This document shows, piece after piece, positions 60,733-64,000 of a stretch of 64,000 bases of DNA. Made by a program: the position numbers and the translations under genes. The DNA is from Podarcis liolepis (Eukaryota). The stretch is from assembly GCA_965112155.1 (NCBI GenBank), contig OZ218103.1; one strand, given 5' to 3'. The notes beneath the pieces were generated by a model. It ran no database searches, was not told the DNA's origin, and saw nothing but the letters and a program-made list of their open reading frames with translations. The number at the start of each line of letters is the position of its first letter. The first letter of the stretch is position 1.

Positions 60733-63596
60733 TATTGCTTTCACACTGGTTACATTTGCTGCTTGAAATACTGGCACTTTTCACAGGAGTCATGGCACAT
60801 AGCACTGTCCTAAGCAGCTTTTGTATCAGTGACCATAAACAGTAGTTCTTACAAGGTTCTAAAACATTTTCTATACTGAAGTAGGTATTTCCCAAAACTG
60901 GAAGCTTCAACGCTAGGACTCAATTCTTATTAGTTGTCTCTGCACCAGATGTTCACTATACTATGATACAGCAAGTGTTGCTAGTTGCATTTGTGAAATG
61001 TCATTTGCCACTGGCGAAGCAGGGAATATTTCAGAACAGGTCTACACAAATCACCAACAGCTTTGCATCTCACTTCATTTTTTAAAAAAGCAAGTGGAGT
61101 ACCTCTCTCTACAGAATCTGGTGAAGATATACTAGGCAAATAGAAAAAATCAAGCAGTATTTTGTTGAGACTGTGTGCAAAAGCAGGTTGATCAACTACT
61201 GCTCCTTTGTTATGGGCTGCTTCATGTGAAACAGTAAGCAAAGAACAAACCTTGGTGAGAGTTCATGGTTACCTAGAGAGTTCTAGCAACATGCCAAGAC
61301 TAAACAAAACAAAACCCTAGCGTTATGTACTGAGTTTTAGCTAAGTGCAGAGCTGCAGTAAAAAGGAGCAGGGAGAATCAAATCAGCTGTGAGCTCCTCT
61401 CCAGGAGTCCATGTAATTTCAAGAAGCCACAGTACAACTTACTGTGACATGCCAACCCTGTCTATAATAGATGGGCTCTCAGAGGTTAAAAGGGATGTCA
61501 ACTGGCTTTTGTCAATATCTTTTTCCATTCCACTCCATTGGAAGAGCCATTAGTTATGCATTACAATCCCAATTTTGCTTTTGATCTTTTCACGTTTACA
61601 ACAATATGTGGCAGTGGAACAAAACTCATACCTTCCCCACAAAAAGAATACTCTTTTTTAACACAAAAAGCCACAGAAAATTATGTGGAGAACATGCTGA
61701 CCAGATACCACCATCTTTCTGGATTATGAAAAAAACAAAAGCACAGGTAATATAGAGAAAGTCAAGATGGGGCACAACAGCAACCCAACATGACTGAAAA
61801 TGGCAACTAAAGTGGCAACATGAGGTTAGTTCACTGTGAAGTCACACAAATAGGAAACATTAATGCACAACTTTTGGTATAACTTACACCAGAAGCTATA
61901 CTCTACTTTCCCGTTCAGTTATTAAACCAACTTCAGCTTCATAGTATGGTATGACTAATCAGGGATCTAAAAATACAGGTAAGTTGTTCAAGTTTGACTA
62001 TGGCTTTTATTAAAAATAGCTTTAGGGTCACATACTATGTAACAAAATGGTGTATTTCTATAGAACCGCCCTATTATGTCTACATCCCAATCCAGCAAAG
62101 AATGAGCATGAAAAATTGATTCCTTCTCCACTATTGTCAACAAGACTTAACAATAGTTTAGTACATGCACTTGAAGGATCCTTCACATCATTCAGAAAAA
62201 CACTTATGTAAAAAAGGAAATTGTAGTCGGTTTTACTAACACACAGCAAAATAGCCAATGGAAACATTTTATATTGAAGGAATTGGCTCCCTACCACAGA
62301 TCAAAGCTGATTCTTTTGTATGTCCCCATACAATACACTGGGTGACAGCCAGCTTATCCTCACTTACTTTCCCTCTGCTCTTTCCAGGCACAGTCCACAA
62401 TTTAAAGCTCTGTGTCCAAGCACCCTTTTTTGCTCTAGAGCTTTCCCCATGAAAACTCACTCTTTAAAGATCAACTGGAGCAAATGTTAATCCATGGAAA
62501 ACCTGAATTGATTCTTGCACCGATTGAGCTTTAAAGAGCTGGTTTTTGCATGGAAAGCTCGCCAGCGGGTGGGGATGCTTAGACATAAGAGCATTTAAGC
62601 ACAGACCTCTTCCTGGAAAGAACAGGGCAAAAGGTAAGTGTGGATAAGCCCCAACTCTTGATTTTAATGGGGCTCCTCTGAGTACATCTTAGTTGGATAT
62701 CACCCACTGTCAGCATTTGAGGTTATAAGCAATCTTCACATATAGCATTCACAACAAAGTGAAATTATTATTAGGAGTAGAGACTTGTAATCATATTTGA
62801 ATAATCACGCCACATTGCAAAATAAAATGAGCTGCTTGCAACAAGGGAATTAACAGGGATTCTCCTGATAAGCATACCAGAAGGTTCATTCTAGATTATA
62901 TCAGTGAGAATTAGACTTAAGTTATTGCGCCAAACATGTGCTCTAAACATCACAGGACCTTCTATACTGTATATGTGATAAGCAACTTTTCTCAAGTTAA
63001 CTTTCAGAAAGCAGAACATTGTAAGAGCTATTGTATAAGACCAGCCATCAAAGGTTTGCAGGATTAGGTATTAGAGTGGCCTAACCTTTAGTTGGACTTT
63101 TTTTTTTTTTACTGTGCATGTATACATGTTGCAATGGGGCGGGGGAGGTCAGTACCTAGGAAGTTTTATTGAGAAAGAGGCATGTGTTTGTACCCAAGTA
63201 GAAATACAGGATTTAAGAATAATCACAATATTGACCTGGGAAAGGATATCTTTGAAGGAACAGCAGCATTTGGCACACTCAACACTCTTCTTGGACAGAC
63301 ACTACGCTATATAAAGTCCTCTGCTTCATATGAGTGATGCAGGGTACAAAATTTTCCACTGCTACATTTTTTCAATATTTTTTATTTAAAAATGCAATTG
63401 CTTCATAAAATAATTAATACAATACCAGTCAAACTAGATAGATTTTTACAGATGTAATTAGATCATTTAGACCAAGGAAATAAATATAATAGCACGTTCA
63501 ATGAAAGCAGTCAAAACTGTTATGAAAAACAAAATTTAAACAAGGTAAAAGTATGTTATTGAATTGCTTTGTCTTATCTTACAAGTATTTCAAATA

Positions 63597-63842
63597 CAGT
63601 CATACCTCGGGTTGCAAACGTGATCTGTGCAGGAGGCACATTCACAACCTGCAGTGCTACATCTGCACACACGCGTGATGCGATTTGGCACTTCTGCGCA
63701 TGCGTGTGACATCATTTTGTGCTTCTGCGCATGCATGAGCATTGAAACCCAGAAGTAACCTCGGCCAATAAAGCGAGATGAGTGCCACAACCCCAGAGTC
63801 GGTCACGACTGGATCTAATGGTCAGGGGTCCCTTTACCTTTA
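63597..63842 (+). mobile_element. Truncated mariner-type MITE joined to a Sauria SINE 3' fragment
   Basis: 63597-63760 resembles 60470-60732 in the opposite orientation; 63761-63842 is the Sauria SINE 3' end (gtcaggggtccctttaccttta). Confidence 0.8.
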
Positions 63843-64000
63843 ACATTTAAGCCACATTAAGTGCACTTTTTTGCATGTTTCCCCTAGTCAAATATTTCCG
63901 TCCAAATATATTTGGCTACTGGAAAAGCCATTTATCCAGTTCATAAGATTGTTTTTGAATTTTGGTGAATGAATGTAAGTGACGTAAAACATTAAATCGG

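Overview
Vertebrate genomic DNA, most likely a lacertid-type lizard, judging by Sauria SINEs, a tRNA-Lys/CR1-tail SINE, CR1/L2/L1 fragments and hAT and Tc1/mariner MITEs. All genes found are on the minus strand, head-to-tail. (1) SORT1 (sortilin) coding exons 2-20 lie at 24203-46504; exon 1 is beyond the right edge. The last intron is GC-AG and the 3'UTR is probably long. (2) Two tandem, single-coding-exon, galanin/kisspeptin-receptor-like class A GPCRs lie at 14203-15210 and 7977-8975. Both have DRY->LRY and NPxxY->(N/S)PxxC, and neither fits GALR1-3. (3) A chain of phase-compatible short exons at 1-5637 is not resolved by the ORF track. It encodes an unidentified protein with patchy GREB1-like motifs. 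No start exon is evident, and the chain is frame-compatible with a splice donor overlapping the stop codon of the downstream GPCR, so a GPCR with a large spliced C-terminal domain is possible. All comparisons with known proteins are from memory; no searches were run.
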